From assembly GCA_963792415.1 (NCBI GenBank), contig CAWBVY010000006.1, positions 736,001 through 800,000 of the forward strand: DNA of 64,000 nucleotides, read 5' to 3'. Source of the stretch: Candidatus Deferrimicrobiaceae bacterium (lineage in GTDB: Bacteria; Desulfobacterota; Deferrimicrobia; Deferrimicrobiales; Deferrimicrobiaceae). The position numbers and the translations under genes were made by a program. Numbering within the stretch: position 1 is the stretch's first letter; every line of letters begins with the position of its first letter. Positions 49,028 through 61,129 of this stretch are shown here, piece by piece. The notes beneath the pieces were generated by a model that was not told the DNA's origin, did no database searches, and saw only the letters and a list, made by a program, of their open reading frames with translations.

Positions 49028-49375
49028 TCACCGGATCACCCGCTCCATCTGCGCCGGCACCATGTGCAGGTCGTTCCGGGCAATGGCGTGGATGCGGGCG
49101 GGGCTCTTCAGCGCCAGCGCCTCCAAACGGAGAACCTCCTGCTCCTTCTGAAGGGTGCGCTTCTCCTCCAGGGCGGAGGAAACCCGGTACCCCGTTCGTA
49201 TGCACTGGCCCGACAACCAGACGTTGAACAGACCGGTGATGAGAAGAACCAGGAACAGGGCGACGAATCCGCGCCGCCGGGGGACCGCGGGGACCGCCGG
49301 GGGTTCCTTCCGGATCTCCGTGATCATGCACACGCCGTTTCCAACGATTATCCTTCTCATGTCAGTCTCCTCCAT
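49028..49375 (-). CDS. ftsL: Cell division protein FtsL
   Basis: Single TM, coiled coil and LKSPARI..IAR; located between rsmH and ftsI. Confidence 0.82.
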   Translation of the reverse strand: MEETDMRRIIVGNGVCMITEIRKEPPAVPAVPRRRGFVALFLVLLITGLFNVWLSGQCIRTGYRVSSALEEKRTLQKEQEVLRLEALALKSPARIHAIARNDLHMVPAQMERVIR

Positions 49376-50279
49376 CGCGCCGTCGCGCCACGCGGAGCTT
49401 CGCGCTGCGCGCCCTCGGGTTTTCCCGCGCTTCCCGTTCCGACGGGACGACCGGCTTGCGGGTCAACCGTTCCAGCATCGGACCTTCATCTTCCGGACCT
49501 GAAGAAGGCCGCCGGAACGCCGTTTTCACCATGCGATCCTCCAACGAGTGGAAACTGATCACGGCCACCCGCCCCCCGGGGGAGAGGTGCCCGGGGATCG
49601 CGTCGAGGAACATCCCCAGCGAGGAAAGCTCCCCGTTCACGGCGATCCGCAGCGCCTGGAACACCCTCGTGGCCGGGTGAATGTCCCGTGGCCAGGCTCT
49701 CCGGGGGATCGCCGAGGAAACCAGATCCGCGAGCACGGCGGTCGTCCGGATCGGGTCCCTTTTCCTGCGCTCGACCACCGCGCGGGCGATCCGTCGGGAA
49801 AACCGCTCCTCTCCGAACTGGAAGAAGAGGTCCGCAAGTTCCTTCTCCCGCGTGTCCCGGAGGATCTCGGCCGCCGTGGGCCCCCCGCCGTCCGGATCCC
49901 GCCGCATGTCGAGGGGACCCTCCACCCGGAACGAGAAGCCGCGCACCGGGTCGTCGAGCTGGAGGGAAGAGATCCCCAGATCCAGGAGTGCGCCGTCGAA
50001 CGTCCTCCCACCCGCGGTCTCACGCAGCGCGTCGAGGTCCGCGAAGTCCGCACGGACAAGCCGCACCCAGGGGTACGCCGAGAGCCGAGAGGCGGCGACC
50101 TCGAGCATCGAGGGGTCCGCGTCGGCGCAGACCAGAAGACCCCGGGGGCCGATCCTGGCGGCAATCTCCGCCGCGTGCCCGCCGGCTCCGGTCGTCCCGT
50201 CGAGGAAGATCTCGCCGGGAACGGGGGCCATCCATTCCAACGTCTCATGTAAAAGAACAGGGATGTGGACGGGCGCCAC
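49362..50279 (-). CDS. rsmH: 16S rRNA m4C1402 methyltransferase
   Basis: HIPVL, GAGGH, DLGISS, PLDMR, FHSLEDR and RSAKLR motifs. Confidence 0.97.
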   Translation of the reverse strand: MAPVHIPVLLHETLEWMAPVPGEIFLDGTTGAGGHAAEIAARIGPRGLLVCADADPSMLEVAASRLSAYPWVRLVRADFADLDALRETAGGRTFDGALLDLGISSLQLDDPVRGFSFRVEGPLDMRRDPDGGGPTAAEILRDTREKELADLFFQFGEERFSRRIARAVVERRKRDPIRTTAVLADLVSSAIPRRAWPRDIHPATRVFQALRIAVNGELSSLGMFLDAIPGHLSPGGRVAVISFHSLEDRMVKTAFRRPSSGPEDEGPMLERLTRKPVVPSEREARENPRARSAKLRVARRRDGGD

Positions 50280-50282
50280 TCC

Positions 50283-50735
50283 TCAGATCCCGAGGGCGCT
50301 GATCTCCCGCGCCAGCCCCGGGTCTTCGTGCACTTCCTTTTCGAACCGGCCGATCTCCTCCTGCCACCTGGCGAGCGACCAGATCTCGAACCGGTTGGGC
50401 ATCCCGAGGATCACGACCTCCTTTTCCAGCCCGGCGTAGGAACGCAGGGAGGGAGGGACGAGAATCCTCCCCTGCTTGTCGGGGACGACCTCGACGGCGC
50501 CGCCGAGGAAGAAACGGACAAAGGCGTTCATCTTCCGGTCGGTGCTGGGAACACGGGAAAGCCGCTCCTCGATCCGCGCCCAGTCGTCCGCGGCAAAGGC
50601 GTAGAGGCAGTCCGAGAAGTTGGTGAGGAAAAACGAGCCCTGGGCGGATTCCTGGAGGCGATCGCGGAAAGGTGCGGGGATGTTGACCCGGCCTTTGGGA
50701 TCAATGGTATATTCGAATCGTCCCCGGAAGATCAC
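50283..50735 (-). CDS. mraZ: Division/cell-wall cluster transcriptional regulator
   Basis: Two DxxGR motifs (DPKGR, DKQGR) and FEIW. Confidence 0.96.
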   Translation of the reverse strand: MIFRGRFEYTIDPKGRVNIPAPFRDRLQESAQGSFFLTNFSDCLYAFAADDWARIEERLSRVPSTDRKMNAFVRFFLGGAVEVVPDKQGRILVPPSLRSYAGLEKEVVILGMPNRFEIWSLARWQEEIGRFEKEVHEDPGLAREISALGI

Positions 50736-50747
50736 GGCGGCCCGTTA

Positions 50748-50772
50748 CCCACCTTTCCCCACAATTACCCAC
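50748..50772 (-). promoter_or_regulatory. MraZ-binding direct repeats
   Basis: Three GTGGG boxes at a 10-nt period just upstream of mraZ. Confidence 0.85.
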
Positions 50773-50781
50773 TTGCTGGGT

Positions 50782-50809
50782 ATTCTAACGGGACCCTCGG
50801 GGGTGTCAA
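50782..50809 (-). promoter_or_regulatory. dcw cluster sigma70 promoter
   Basis: TTGACA-16 nt-TAGAAT. Confidence 0.7.
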
Positions 50810-50904
50810 GATATTTCGATCCCTTCGATGAAGAAAATCGTCGGGGACCCAGGAATCGAAAACGGGATTTGCGGGATTTGCCGGAAAGTGCAGGCGGGAT
50901 AAAG

Positions 50905-51322
50905 CGTCCGAGGAGGCCGTAAGCCGGGTTCTGTGCGCGGCGACGAAGCGCGTCGCCGCGGGGCGGCCATTTCTCTACGGCGGGCGTTTCCGCCCGTCTT
51001 GAGCGACCTGTACCCGAGGGCCCCGGGCGGGCCGCCCTTCCCCCGCCGGCGGCAGAGCCGCCTCGGAGTCGCCCTCCTATTTGGTCTTGCTCCGGGTGGG
51101 GTTTGCCATGCCGCGACGATCGCCCGTCGCGCGGTGAGCTCTTACCTCACCATTTCACCCTTACCGCCCGCCGTGGCGGGAGGCGGTGTCTTTTCTGTGG
51201 CGCTGTCCTCGGGGTCGCCCCCACCGGGTGTTACCCGGCACCCTGCCCTGCGGAGCCCGGACTTTCCTCCCGTCCCCGCCGATACGGCGCGGGGACCGGC
51301 GGCCACCTGGCCTCCTCGGACG
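50905..51322 (-). ncRNA. rnpB: RNase P RNA (type A)
   Basis: GAGGAAAGTCCGGGCT near the 5' end and ACAGAACCCGGCTTA near the 3' end; P1 stem CGTCCGAGGAGGCC/GGCCTCCTCGGACG. Confidence 0.97.
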
Positions 51323-51324
51323 AC

Positions 51325-51741
51325 TTATCCTTTCCGGTGCTGATCGATCGCGAGGTTCGCCAGGGAATCCGCCCTCCGGTTCTCCTCGCGTGGTACATGC
51401 AGTATACGGACCGCCGGGAAAACGCGCAACCGGCGCGACGCCTCCGCGTGGAGCGGCCGAAGGTGCTCCGCCTTCACCTTGTACTCTCCCCGCAACTGCC
51501 GGACGAGGAGTTCCGAATCGGAGTGGACGGTGATGGAGGAGACGGTGTGCCTGGCCGCCTCCTCGAGCGCGAGGAGCAGCGCGCGGTATTCCGCCACGTT
51601 GTTCGTCGTTTCGCCAAGGTAGCTGCAGAGCTCCCTTGGCGCCCTCCCATCCCCGAACTCGACCACCGCGCCGGCGCCGGAGGGCCCTGGATTCCCGCGG
51701 CTGGCGCCGTCGACGCGCACCGTGATCTCGACAGGGGTCAC
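51325..51741 (-). CDS. rnhA: Ribonuclease HI family protein
   Basis: DGASRGNPG, TNNVAEY, SDSELL and NRRADSLAN motifs. Confidence 0.9.
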   Translation of the reverse strand: MTPVEITVRVDGASRGNPGPSGAGAVVEFGDGRAPRELCSYLGETTNNVAEYRALLLALEEAARHTVSSITVHSDSELLVRQLRGEYKVKAEHLRPLHAEASRRLRVFPAVRILHVPREENRRADSLANLAIDQHRKG

Positions 51742-52463
51742 TCGCCGGTCGCCTCGATCTCCGTCGCCTCGAAATACACGACACGGTTGCAGTTGGGGCA
51801 GGTGTGGATCCGGTCCTCCCGCTGCAGAAGGTTGAACAGCTGCGGGGCGATGTTCATGTGGCACCCCATGCAGGAGTAGTTCCTCGCCGCGACGACCGCC
51901 AGGCCGTCCCGCCGTTCGAAGATCATCTCGAAACGGCGCACGAGGGACGGATCCAGCTTGCCCGCGACCTGGCGCCTGCGCGCGTCCAGCTTCCCGATGT
52001 CGTCGTCGAAGGTTCCCATCCGGGCGTCGATGTCGACCATCCGCTCCCGGTACCTCCCCGACACCTCGTCGAGGTCGGCTTTCCGCTCCGCGAGCCGCTT
52101 TTCGACCTCCTCGTATCGCACGAGGAGGGAGAGAAGCTCCTCTTCGCGGGCCACGTTCGTCCGCCGGGTCCCCTCGATCTCCTTGAGCATGGCGTAATAT
52201 TCCTTGTTCGTCTTGATCGACATGAGCTTCGACTTCGCCCGCTCGACCTTGTCCCGCTCCTCCTCGATCTCCCTCTCCTTCTCGCAGCGCTGCTGCTTGA
52301 GGGTCTCGAACTCCTGCTCCGCCGCCAGAAACGACGCTTCGCGCTCTTCGAAGAGGCTCTTCAGATCCGCCACTTCCAGGGGGATCTTCTGCTTCTCCTC
52401 GTCGAGCCGCCGCGCCCGGCCCATTACCTCCTGCAGATCGATCAGAACCTTCACTTGCTCCAT
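51738..52463 (-). CDS. Coiled-coil protein with C4 zinc ribbon (DUF164 family)
   Basis: Long coiled coil followed by CMGC...CPNC. Confidence 0.88.
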   Translation of the reverse strand: MEQVKVLIDLQEVMGRARRLDEEKQKIPLEVADLKSLFEEREASFLAAEQEFETLKQQRCEKEREIEEERDKVERAKSKLMSIKTNKEYYAMLKEIEGTRRTNVAREEELLSLLVRYEEVEKRLAERKADLDEVSGRYRERMVDIDARMGTFDDDIGKLDARRRQVAGKLDPSLVRRFEMIFERRDGLAVVAARNYSCMGCHMNIAPQLFNLLQREDRIHTCPNCNRVVYFEATEIEATGE

Positions 52464-53617
52464 CAAGGCTTTTCCCCTCCCCTTCTTCGCCCCGCGGGCA
52501 CCGCCCGCATGGGCTCTTCGTCCATGACGACACGGACCGAAACGGCCCCCGGAAATCGCGTGCCGATCACCCGCCGGAATTCCGGCAGGATCCATCGTTC
52601 CCCCGAAGCGTGCCCGATGTCTGCGACGGGCATGTCCCCCGCCGCCGCATCCAGCGCCTGGTGGTACTTCACATCCCCCGTCACGTAGAGGTCCGCGCCG
52701 GCCTCCCGCGCCGCGAAGGCGAACTCCGCCCCGCTCCCCCCGACGATCGCTACACGGCCCACCGTCTTCCGGCGGGGACCCGCGACGTGGATCCAGGAGG
52801 GCCGCAGGGCCCTGCGCACCGCGTCGAGGGCCCGGTCGAGCGGCAGCGGATCGGGCAACTCGCCGACGATCCCGATCCCGCCTCCGAGGGCCCCCTCGCG
52901 CAACTGCACGACGTCGATCGCCGGCTCCTCGTACGGGTGCGCCTTCCGCACCGCGCCCAGGACCGCCCGTACCCGGCTCCCCGGCGCGACCGTCTCGAGC
53001 CGGACCTCCTCCACGCGCTCCTCGGCGCCCGGCGCCCCCACGCGAGGAGAGGAACCCGGCCCCCCGAGGAACGTGCCGGTCCCCGGGGTCCGGAAGGAGC
53101 AGCGGGAATACGCGCCGATCCGCCCCCCGCCCGCCTCCGCGGCGGCGGCCAGGACGGCTTCCGCGTGGGACGGCGGAACGAACACCACGATTTTGCACGC
53201 CCCGGAGGACGGCTCGCCGGGGATCAGCGGTCGCATTCCGCGCAGCCGCAGGCGGCGGCCCATCGCGTGCGAAACGCCCCGCGGAGCCGCGTCGGCGTTG
53301 GTGTGCGCCGAGATGACCGCCACGCCCATCCGCAGCAGGGCGAACGCCGCGGCGGAGGGTCCCGGATCCGGACGGACGGATTTCAGGGGGGTAAAAACGA
53401 CGGGGTGGTGCGTGACCAGGAGGTCGGCGGGTCGCCGTCGAAGACGCGCGATCACCGCCGGCGTGGCGTCGAGCGCGATGAGGACGGACCGCACGGGGGC
53501 GTCGGGGTCGCCCAGCAGGATCCCGACGTTGTCCCAGTCGGCGCAGTGGGCGAACGGGAACTGCTCATCGAGCGCACGCAGCACGTCGTTCACCGTGACC
53601 GCGGCGCGGCGGATCAC
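52463..53617 (-). CDS. Nif3-like dinuclear metal centre protein with PII-like insert (YqfO-type)
   Basis: WDNVG, THHP, HTNAD, HPYEEPA and TGDVKYH motifs. Confidence 0.92.
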   Translation of the reverse strand: MIRRAAVTVNDVLRALDEQFPFAHCADWDNVGILLGDPDAPVRSVLIALDATPAVIARLRRRPADLLVTHHPVVFTPLKSVRPDPGPSAAAFALLRMGVAVISAHTNADAAPRGVSHAMGRRLRLRGMRPLIPGEPSSGACKIVVFVPPSHAEAVLAAAAEAGGGRIGAYSRCSFRTPGTGTFLGGPGSSPRVGAPGAEERVEEVRLETVAPGSRVRAVLGAVRKAHPYEEPAIDVVQLREGALGGGIGIVGELPDPLPLDRALDAVRRALRPSWIHVAGPRRKTVGRVAIVGGSGAEFAFAAREAGADLYVTGDVKYHQALDAAAGDMPVADIGHASGERWILPEFRRVIGTRFPGAVSVRVVMDEEPMRAVPAGRRRGGEKP

Positions 53618-53726
53618 GCCGGCACCTCGCCGCAGCCCACAAATAAAAATGCACCGATAGCCGGTGCATTCCGTGCCGTGTCCATCGCGGGCCCGCTCAC
53701 GCCAGGCCCCATGGCAACGTCGATAT

Positions 53727-53803
53727 TGGTGGGCCCACCTGGCCTCGAACCAGGGACCAACCGGTTATGAGCCGGTGGCTCTGACCAACTGAGCTATGGG
53801 CCC
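53727..53803 (-). tRNA. tRNA with CAT anticodon, most likely tRNA-Ile2 (lysidine-modified)
   Basis: GGGCCCA acceptor stem with G1-C72 pair, ACCGG-CTCATAA-CCGGT anticodon arm and encoded CCA. Lacks the initiator GGG/CCC stem; lies downstream of rpoD like E. coli ileX. Confidence 0.9.
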
Positions 53804-53831
53804 AACACGAAGAACACACGTTCATCTTCTC

Positions 53832-53861
53832 ATTATCTTCCGCCCGCTTGCGGGGTGTCAA
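53832..53861 (-). promoter_or_regulatory. Promoter of the tRNA(CAT)-Nif3-rnhA-rnpB unit
   Basis: TTGACA-18 nt-GATAAT. Confidence 0.6.
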
Positions 53862-53878
53862 CGCCGTCCGCCCCCTCA

Positions 53879-55669
<1,791 letters not shown>

Positions 55670-55684
55670 CTGCGCTTCACCTCA

Positions 55685-57436
55685 TCATCGGGATCTGCGT
55701 TCCGATTCCAGCCGCTCCAGCTCCCGCTTCGCGGCCACCACCCGGTCGAAGAGCAGCGAAGCCTCCTCGCCCGACGCACCCTTCACCTTCTCCTGCAACG
55801 CCTCGGTCTCCTCCCGCGCCCGGCGGATCCGGAGGGAAAGGACCGCCCCCGGGTAGCGCCTGCGCGCCTCCTCCGGGGAAACGTCCGCCAGCACGAGCTC
55901 GGCGGACAGGAGTTTTCGCGCGCCGTCGGGGAGCGATCCCCCCAGCGGGAACCCCGTCTCCCCGGGGGTCCGCTCGGCCAGATCCGCCAGGTACACAAGG
56001 GCTTCCCGGGCGTCCTCTCCGAGGAGAAGCTCCCCGACCCCGTCATCGCGCGCCGTGACGGCGAGGGAGGGATCCACGGCCAGCAACCGCAGGAGGTGGC
56101 TCTCCTCGCTGCGAAAATCCTTCCCCCGCGGCGGGGCGCCCTTTTCCGGAACGGTCGGGGTGGCCGACGGCCCGACCTGCCGGTGGATCGTCTCCACCGG
56201 GAGCCCCGAAGTCTGCGCCACCCGCTGCGCGTAAAGCTCGCGTTCGGCCGGATCGGTCACCCATCGAAGGTATTTCGCCATCAGTTGAACGTACGATAGT
56301 TTTCCGGAGATGGTCGCGAGATCGTACTTCCTGGAAGCCCCGCGCTCGATCGACTCCATGAGAGGAACCGCCCCCGCGATCCGCCGGTTCAACTCCTCCG
56401 GCGACGCCGCCTTCGCCCAGTCGTCCGGATCCATCCCCTTCGGTGGAAACAGGGCTTTCGGGCTCACCCTCGCCGCGTACAAAGGACCTCCGGACCGCAC
56501 CGCGGCCTTTTTCCCGGCCACGTCCCCATCGTAGAAGAGGATGACATTTTCCGACAAACGCTTCAGAGTTCTGGCGTGATTCTCCGTAAGCGAGGTCCCG
56601 CACGTCGCCACGACGCCGCGGACTCCCTTCTGCCAAAGGCCGATCAGGTCCATGTACCCCTCGACCACCAGCACGCGCCCCTCGCTCCGGAGGACCGGGA
56701 GCGCCTGGTACAGGCCGTACAGCAGGGAACTTTTCCGGTAGATCTCGGACTCGGGGGAATTGAGGTACTTCGGGACGGCGTCGTCCACCGCCCGACCCCC
56801 GAAACCGCAGATGCGACCCCTTGCGTCCCCGATCGGAAAGACCACGCGCCCCCGGAACCGCTCCCGGAACCCGCTCCCGGAAGGGAGCAGAAGGCCTGCC
56901 GCCTCGCCCCGGGCCGGGTCGATCCCCTCCCGCTTCAGCGCGGAGACCAGCTCGCCGCCCGTGCCGCACCAACCAAGGGCGAACTCCCGCTCGGCTTCGG
57001 GAGTCACGCCCCGCCGCCGGAGAAACTCCCTCCCGGCCTTCCCGGCGGGGGAGCCCAGAAGTTCCCGGTACGTGTCCGCCGCGAGGCGGAGAATGGCGTA
57101 TAGATCCTCTTTCGGCCGCGAGCGGACGGCCCCGCCCTCGTACCGGACCGCCACGCCGAACCGTTCCGCGAGTTCCTCGACCGAGTCCGCGAAGGAAAGA
57201 TTGCGCGCCTTCATCAGGAAGTGGAAGACCGATCCCCCTTCCTCGCAGCCGAAGCACTTGAACGCCTGCCGGGCGGGGTGGACGTAGAAGGACGGGGTCT
57301 TTTCCCGGTGGAAGGGGCACAGACCGCGAAAACTCGCCCCGGCCCGGGACAAAGGGACCGTCTCGGAGACCACCTCTACGATGTCCGCCCGGTCCCGTAC
57401 TTCCCGGATCGTGCTTTCGGAGATCCGACCTCCCAA
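55685..57436 (-). CDS. dnaG: DNA primase
   Basis: CPFHREKTPSF..CFGC Zn finger, KYLNSPE, EGYMD and DGD TOPRIM motifs. Confidence 0.97.
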   Translation of the reverse strand: MGGRISESTIREVRDRADIVEVVSETVPLSRAGASFRGLCPFHREKTPSFYVHPARQAFKCFGCEEGGSVFHFLMKARNLSFADSVEELAERFGVAVRYEGGAVRSRPKEDLYAILRLAADTYRELLGSPAGKAGREFLRRRGVTPEAEREFALGWCGTGGELVSALKREGIDPARGEAAGLLLPSGSGFRERFRGRVVFPIGDARGRICGFGGRAVDDAVPKYLNSPESEIYRKSSLLYGLYQALPVLRSEGRVLVVEGYMDLIGLWQKGVRGVVATCGTSLTENHARTLKRLSENVILFYDGDVAGKKAAVRSGGPLYAARVSPKALFPPKGMDPDDWAKAASPEELNRRIAGAVPLMESIERGASRKYDLATISGKLSYVQLMAKYLRWVTDPAERELYAQRVAQTSGLPVETIHRQVGPSATPTVPEKGAPPRGKDFRSEESHLLRLLAVDPSLAVTARDDGVGELLLGEDAREALVYLADLAERTPGETGFPLGGSLPDGARKLLSAELVLADVSPEEARRRYPGAVLSLRIRRAREETEALQEKVKGASGEEASLLFDRVVAAKRELERLESERRSR

Positions 57437-57453
57437 TAGTCTCCCCGGGACCG

Positions 57454-57924
57454 CTATCCCGCCAGGAGGCGTCGAACCGTTTCGCTGACCGCCTTGCCGT
57501 CGGCCCGGCCCGCCACCTTCGGCATGAGTGCCTTCATGACGCGTCCCATGTCGGACGGAAGCCCGGCCCCGGTCTCCGCGATCGCCTCACGCACGGCCGC
57601 CTCGATCTCCGCCGAGGTAAGCGCCTTCGGGAGGTAGCGATCGAGGATGACGATCTCGCTCTCCTCCTTCGCGGCAAGTTCCGGTCGGTTCCCCTGGAGG
57701 AACAACCCGATCGATTCGCGGCGCTGCTTGACCATCGCGGCGATCACCTTGAGGACCGCCTCCTCGGGGAGCGCTCCCCCCTGCGGCATCTCCTTCCGGG
57801 TGACCGCCTCGATCTCCCGATTCTGGACCGCAGCCACGGCCATCCGCAAAGCAGAAAGGGCCAAGGAGTTGCGCTCCTTGGCCGCCGTCTGCATATCCTT
57901 ATGCAACTGTTCCTTAAGTCCCAA
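57454..57924 (-). CDS. GatB/YqeY domain protein
   Basis: KQRRES, YLP and DMGRVM..GRADG motifs; follows rpsU. Confidence 0.92.
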   Translation of the reverse strand: MGLKEQLHKDMQTAAKERNSLALSALRMAVAAVQNREIEAVTRKEMPQGGALPEEAVLKVIAAMVKQRRESIGLFLQGNRPELAAKEESEIVILDRYLPKALTSAEIEAAVREAIAETGAGLPSDMGRVMKALMPKVAGRADGKAVSETVRRLLAG

Positions 57925-57931
57925 TCCGTGC

Positions 57932-58129
57932 CTACCTGACCATCTTCTTCAATTTCTTCAACGCGCGCTTCCTGGCCGCCAGCGTCTTCTTCTTCTTCTT
58001 GACGCTGGGCTTTTCATAATGTTCCCGCTTGCGGATTTCCGAAAGGATCCCGGCCTTCTCGCACTGCTTCTTGAATCGCTTCAGTACGCTCTCGAAGGGC
58101 TCCTCTTCCTTCACGCGGACGCCCGGCAT
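57932..58129 (-). CDS. rpsU: 30S ribosomal protein S21
   Basis: [12 protein letters not shown]...REHYEKPS. Confidence 0.97.
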   Translation of the reverse strand: MPGVRVKEEEPFESVLKRFKKQCEKAGILSEIRKREHYEKPSVKKKKKTLAARKRALKKLKKMVR

Positions 58130-58168
58130 GGTTGGATCACCCCTTCCCTTGCCAAGTAACAGCCGAAA

Positions 58169-58204
58169 ATTATAGTATTATACACCTGTTCCACAATTCG
58201 TCAA
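58169..58204 (-). promoter_or_regulatory. rpsU-dnaG-rpoD promoter
   Basis: TTGACG-16 nt-TATAAT plus a second TATAAT 8 nt downstream. Confidence 0.7.
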
Positions 58205-58220
58205 TAAAGTTCCTTCCGCG

Positions 58221-58568
58221 TCAACCCAGTCCGGGAGCCAGGGGGCGACCGCCGACGAGGTGAAAGTGCAGGTGAGGGACGACCTGCCCCCCCTGCTCCC
58301 CGTTGTTCACCACGACCCGGTATCCCGACTCGGCGACGCCCCGTTCGTCCGCGATCTTCGCCGCCAGGCGCAACGCCTTCCCGAGCACGGGGACGTCGTT
58401 CTTCCCCGCGTCGTTCAGGTTGACCATGTGCTCCTTCGGGACGATGAGCACGTGGACCGGCGCCACCGGGTGGATGTCGTCGAAGGCGAGCAGGTCGTGG
58501 TCCTCGTACACGGGTTGCGTCGGAACCTCTTTCCGCGCGATCTTGCAGAAAATGCACTCGTCATTCAT
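58221..58568 (-). CDS. hinT: Histidine triad nucleotide-binding protein
   Basis: CIFCKI and [10 protein letters not shown] motifs. Confidence 0.93.
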   Translation of the reverse strand: MNDECIFCKIARKEVPTQPVYEDHDLLAFDDIHPVAPVHVLIVPKEHMVNLNDAGKNDVPVLGKALRLAAKIADERGVAESGYRVVVNNGEQGGQVVPHLHFHLVGGRPLAPGLG

Positions 58569-58914
58569 TCGATTTCCCCCCTCGCCGATATGCGCTGCGA
58601 TAAAAGCACGTCCGTTCCCCCGTGTGGCACGCGGCGCCCTTCTGCCGGACACGGTACAGCAATGTGTCGACGTCGCAGTCGTAGAGGATCTCCTCCACGT
58701 CCTGGAAATGACCCGACGTTTCCCCCTTCACCCAAAGGGACTTCCTGGAACGGCTCCAGTAGGTCGCGTGCCCCCCGGCGAAGGTGCTCCGGATCGCCGC
58801 CGCGTTCGCCCACGCCACCATGAGAACCACGTTGTCGCTTACGTCCTGCGTGACGACCGGAACCAGCCCCCGGTCGTCGAACTTGACCTGCCCGATCAAA
58901 TCTTCCGCCGTCAT
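58561..58914 (-). CDS. hisI: Phosphoribosyl-AMP cyclohydrolase (monofunctional)
   Basis: YWSRSR, KGETSG, DCDVD and [10 protein letters not shown] motifs. Confidence 0.95.
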   Translation of the reverse strand: MTAEDLIGQVKFDDRGLVPVVTQDVSDNVVLMVAWANAAAIRSTFAGGHATYWSRSRKSLWVKGETSGHFQDVEEILYDCDVDTLLYRVRQKGAACHTGERTCFYRSAYRRGGKSNE

Positions 58915-59705
58915 CGTCCCTCCCCTGGGCGTCTCCCCGCGGCCGGCCGTACGCGCACGCCGTGGCGCCGGAGATATTCCTTCGCCTCCCCCACGGTGTG
59001 CTCCCCGTAGTGAAAGATGGAGGCCGCGAGCACCGCGTCCGCCCCCCCCGCCGTCACCCCTTCCAGCAGATGCTCGAGCGTCCCCACCCCGCCCGAGGCG
59101 ATCACGGGGATGCGAACAGCGTCGGCGATCGCGCGCGTCAACGGGATGTCGTAGCCGTCCCGGGTTCCGTCGCGGTCCATGCTGGTCAGCAGGATCTCGC
59201 CGGAGCCGCACGCATCCATCCGCCGGGCCCACGCCACCGCGTCCAGACCCGTGGGGGTGCGCCCTCCGTGGGTGTACACCTCCCACTCCCCCGACCGGCC
59301 CGCCACCGCGCGAGCGTCGATCGCAACCACCGTGCACTGACTCCCGAACCGCTCGGCCGCGCGGCGGACGAAGTCGGGATCGGCGACGGCGGCCGTGTTG
59401 ATCGACACCTTGTCGGCCCCCGCGAGCAGCAGACTCCGGATGTCCTCGATCGTGCGGATCCCGCCGCCCACGGTGAGCGGCATGAAGACCTGTTCCGCTG
59501 TTTTCCGCACGACGTCGATCAGGATATCCCTCTTCTCGTGGGACGCCGTTATATCGAGAAAGACGAGCTCGTCCGCCTCTTCGCGGTCGTATCGCCGTGC
59601 GATCTCCACCGGGTCTCCGGCGTCCCGCAGGTCCACGAACCGGACACCCTTGACGACACGGCCGTCCTTCACGTCCAGGCACGGGATGATCCGCTTGGAC
59701 AGCAT
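58911..59705 (-). CDS. hisF: IGP synthase cyclase subunit
   Basis: [15 protein letters not shown] and SMDRDGT motifs. Confidence 0.97.
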   Translation of the reverse strand: MLSKRIIPCLDVKDGRVVKGVRFVDLRDAGDPVEIARRYDREEADELVFLDITASHEKRDILIDVVRKTAEQVFMPLTVGGGIRTIEDIRSLLLAGADKVSINTAAVADPDFVRRAAERFGSQCTVVAIDARAVAGRSGEWEVYTHGGRTPTGLDAVAWARRMDACGSGEILLTSMDRDGTRDGYDIPLTRAIADAVRIPVIASGGVGTLEHLLEGVTAGGADAVLAASIFHYGEHTVGEAKEYLRRHGVRVRPAAGRRPGEGR

Positions 59706-59719
59706 TCCCCGGAAAGACC

Positions 59720-60451
59720 CTATTCCCGCTCTGCCTTCAGCGCCTCGGCCAGATCGATCGAGCCGTCGTACAGGGCGCGGCCGATGATCGCGCCGGCCAC
59801 CCCTTCGCCCTCCATCCCCTTGAGCCTGCGGAGGTCGTCGAGGGTGGTCACGCCTCCGGAGGCGATCACCGGAGTGGAGACGCCGTTCGCGAAATCGCGG
59901 ATGGCGTCGAAGTTGGGACCCACCATCATCCCGTCGCGCGCGATGTCGGTATAGATGAAGCAGGAGACGCCGCCCTCCTCGATCTGGCGAGCGAGCTCCA
60001 CCGCGATGACGCCGGTCACCTCCACCCACCCGCGGATCGCCACGCGACCGTCGCGCGCGTCGATCCCCGCGGCAACCTTCCCCGGGTAGGCGCGGGTGAT
60101 CCGGGTTACCTCCTCGGGGCTCCGCACAATCGAAGTCCCCAGGATCACCCGGGACACGCCCGCGGCGAAGTACCGGGACGCCGAATCGTAATTCCGCACG
60201 CCGCCTCCCACCTGTACCGGCACGCCCGCCCCGGAGGCGATGCGGCAGATGATCTCCGCGTTCACCGGTTTTCCGAGAAACGCCCCGTCCAGATCCACCA
60301 CGTGGATGCTGGACGCCCCCGCGGCGACGAAGCGTCGGGCCACCTCCAGCGGCGAGTCCGAGAAGACCGTGGCGTCCTCGGCGCGTCCCTGGCGCAGCCG
60401 GACCGCCTTCCCCCCCTGGATGTCGATCGCCGGAATGACCTGGAACGGCAA
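59720..60451 (-). CDS. hisA: ProFAR isomerase
   Basis: [22 protein letters not shown] and YTDIARDG motifs. Confidence 0.96.
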   Translation of the reverse strand: MPFQVIPAIDIQGGKAVRLRQGRAEDATVFSDSPLEVARRFVAAGASSIHVVDLDGAFLGKPVNAEIICRIASGAGVPVQVGGGVRNYDSASRYFAAGVSRVILGTSIVRSPEEVTRITRAYPGKVAAGIDARDGRVAIRGWVEVTGVIAVELARQIEEGGVSCFIYTDIARDGMMVGPNFDAIRDFANGVSTPVIASGGVTTLDDLRRLKGMEGEGVAGAIIGRALYDGSIDLAEALKAERE

Positions 60452-60462
60452 GGTTTCCCCTC

Positions 60463-61116
60463 TTATGCGGCTTCCGCGCAAAGGCGGCCGAAGTTCCCGA
60501 GGAGGCGCAGCCCCGCGGTCTGGCTCTTCTCCGGATGAAACTGCACGGCAAGGCGGTTCCCCCGGCTCACGGCGGCGGCGAACGGCACGCCGTACGTCGA
60601 TCGGCACGCCACGTCCCCGGGAACCTCCGGTGCGGCGTAATACGAGTGCACGAAGTAGAAGTGCGTCCCGGAAGGAATCCCACGGAAAACCGGGGGATCT
60701 CCGACCACTTCCACCTCGTTCCACCCCATGTGCGGCACCTTGAGGACACCCCCGTCCCGGGCCGGCATGTCGCCGGGGAACCGGACCACGTTTCCGCGGA
60801 AGAAGCCGATCCCCTCGTGGCGGCCGAACTCCTCGCTCCCGGAGAAGAGGAGCTGCATCCCCACGCAGATGCCCAGGAACGGCCGGTCCGAGGCAAGGTA
60901 TTCCCGAAGGAACGGCAGCAGCCCCTGGCGGACGACGTTCCCCATGCAGTCGCGGAACGCCCCCACGCCGGGAAAAACGATCCCGCGACAAGGGGAAAGC
61001 GCCCTCGGGTCTCCGCTGACCAGGGTCGGGAAACCGAGGGACTCGAGGGCCTTGCTCACGCTGCGCAGGTTCCCCATCCCGTAGTCCACCACGCCGATGG
61101 CGGATCCCCGCGTCAT
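60463..61116 (-). CDS. hisH: IGP synthase glutaminase subunit
   Basis: [20 protein letters not shown] and QFHPEKS motifs. Confidence 0.97.
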   Translation of the reverse strand: MTRGSAIGVVDYGMGNLRSVSKALESLGFPTLVSGDPRALSPCRGIVFPGVGAFRDCMGNVVRQGLLPFLREYLASDRPFLGICVGMQLLFSGSEEFGRHEGIGFFRGNVVRFPGDMPARDGGVLKVPHMGWNEVEVVGDPPVFRGIPSGTHFYFVHSYYAAPEVPGDVACRSTYGVPFAAAVSRGNRLAVQFHPEKSQTAGLRLLGNFGRLCAEAA

Positions 61117-61129
61117 GAAGCCCGCCCTT

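Noticed and set aside
50863-50880. Tandem 9-mer CGGGATTTG x2 between rnpB and the mraZ promoter
   Set aside because: Too short, only two copies, and no supporting context.
50933-51343. ORFs over 50.9-51.3 kb
   Set aside because: The region is fully explained by RNase P RNA.
53727-53803. tRNA(CAT) as initiator tRNA-fMet
   Set aside because: It has a paired G1-C72 and lacks the three consecutive G-C pairs in the anticodon stem.
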